Virus record (IMG/VR): IMGVR_UViG_3300021197_001787
Span: 32,001-96,000 of that record
Source of the DNA: a virus
DNA: 64,000 nt
Reading direction: 5' to 3' (one strand)
The notes under the pieces are model-generated. The model saw only the letters and a list, made by a program, of their open reading frames with translations, had not been told where the DNA came from and did not search any database. The translations under genes and the position numbers were made by a program. Shown here piece after piece: positions 63,720 through 64,000 of this stretch. Positions within the stretch are counted from its first letter, which is position 1; every line of letters starts with the position of its first letter.

Positions 63720-64000
63720 AAGAGGGATCTTTGCGGCGGCCCAGTTCCGTTTATCACTGTTCAGCAATAAAGGAGAAGTAGAGTCTTTGTTTATGGTCGC
63801 GCTCTACTCGACTAGTTTGCTCTGGCTTCTATGTTTATAAGGCTGGCGGCTCTCCTATTATTCCAGCGCGTTATCATGAGGGTGGCTAATCCTCTTATAG
63901 CCGTTACTGTAGGATCTTCATTATCTTTAACCTCAAGGGTTAGGGTTGGACATCTTACTCTGCGACACATACAGGCCCGTCGCAGCACTCGGCACTATGG
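63720..64000 (-). ncRNA. Candidate structured non-coding RNA (5' end beyond window)
   Basis: ORF-free and GC-richer than flanks; stems CUGCGAC/GUCGCAG, AGUAGAG/CUCUACU, AGGAGA/UCUCCU, GGCUA/UAGCC, AAGAGG/CCUCUU; G.U extensions favour the minus strand. Confidence 0.5.

Noticed and set aside
63936-63947. AGGGTTAGGGTT, two copies of the eukaryotic telomere repeat (telomerase-template-like on the minus strand)
   Set aside because: Only two units, expected by chance in 64 kb; no reverse transcriptase in the window.
63720-64000. Firm call as RNase P RNA
   Set aside because: The universally conserved GAAAGUCC and GGCUUA P4 strands are not matched and do not show compensating changes; kept only as a hypothesis to test.
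1-64000. Alternative genetic code, introns/inteins or a diversity-generating retroelement
   Set aside because: Long genes are intact under the standard code, with TAA, TAG and TGA all used as stops at tight junctions; no intein, intron, reverse-transcriptase or template/variable repeat pair was recognised.

Overview
An AT-rich, gene-dense segment of a large myovirus-like tailed phage. Essentially every real gene is on the minus strand and read with the standard genetic code. In plus-strand order the window holds five blocks. (1) 1-13.8 kb: virion and baseplate genes (gp6-like, gp25-like, a 2157-aa giant, an OB-fold/M23 peptidase) ending in a T4 gp55-like late sigma factor. (2) 14.5-36.0 kb: a ~21.5-kb cluster of 24 genes, about 20 of them for nucleotide-sugar synthesis, glycosyl transfer and sugar decoration (gmd, fcl, DegT aminotransferases, formyl-, methyl- and sulfotransferases, GT2/GT4/GT11/GT15-like enzymes). 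(3) 36-45 kb: PD-(D/E)XK nuclease, PIN-PhoH, HNH, cytidylyltransferase, two lipoproteins, a complete tmRNA (tag ANNNNHFESVRLAA), an unexplained multi-stem RNA candidate and a Fis-like protein. (4) 45-60 kb: probable capsid-internal proteins. Four unrelated proteins here share a near-identical N-terminal leader (MKLLLENWRxYLxE; 26 nt identical in three genes), and others are chains of basic Cys-rich modules separated by L-x-E sites. An unannotated penta-cysteine microprotein also lies here. (5) 60-64 kb: small KOW/SH3-like paralogs, a G-run/palindrome, phased TGTCA arrays, divergent sigma70 promoters and a structured-RNA candidate running off the window end. All functional calls come from motifs read by eye; no database search was run. 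I saw no CRISPR array, transposase, integrase, tRNA or rRNA.
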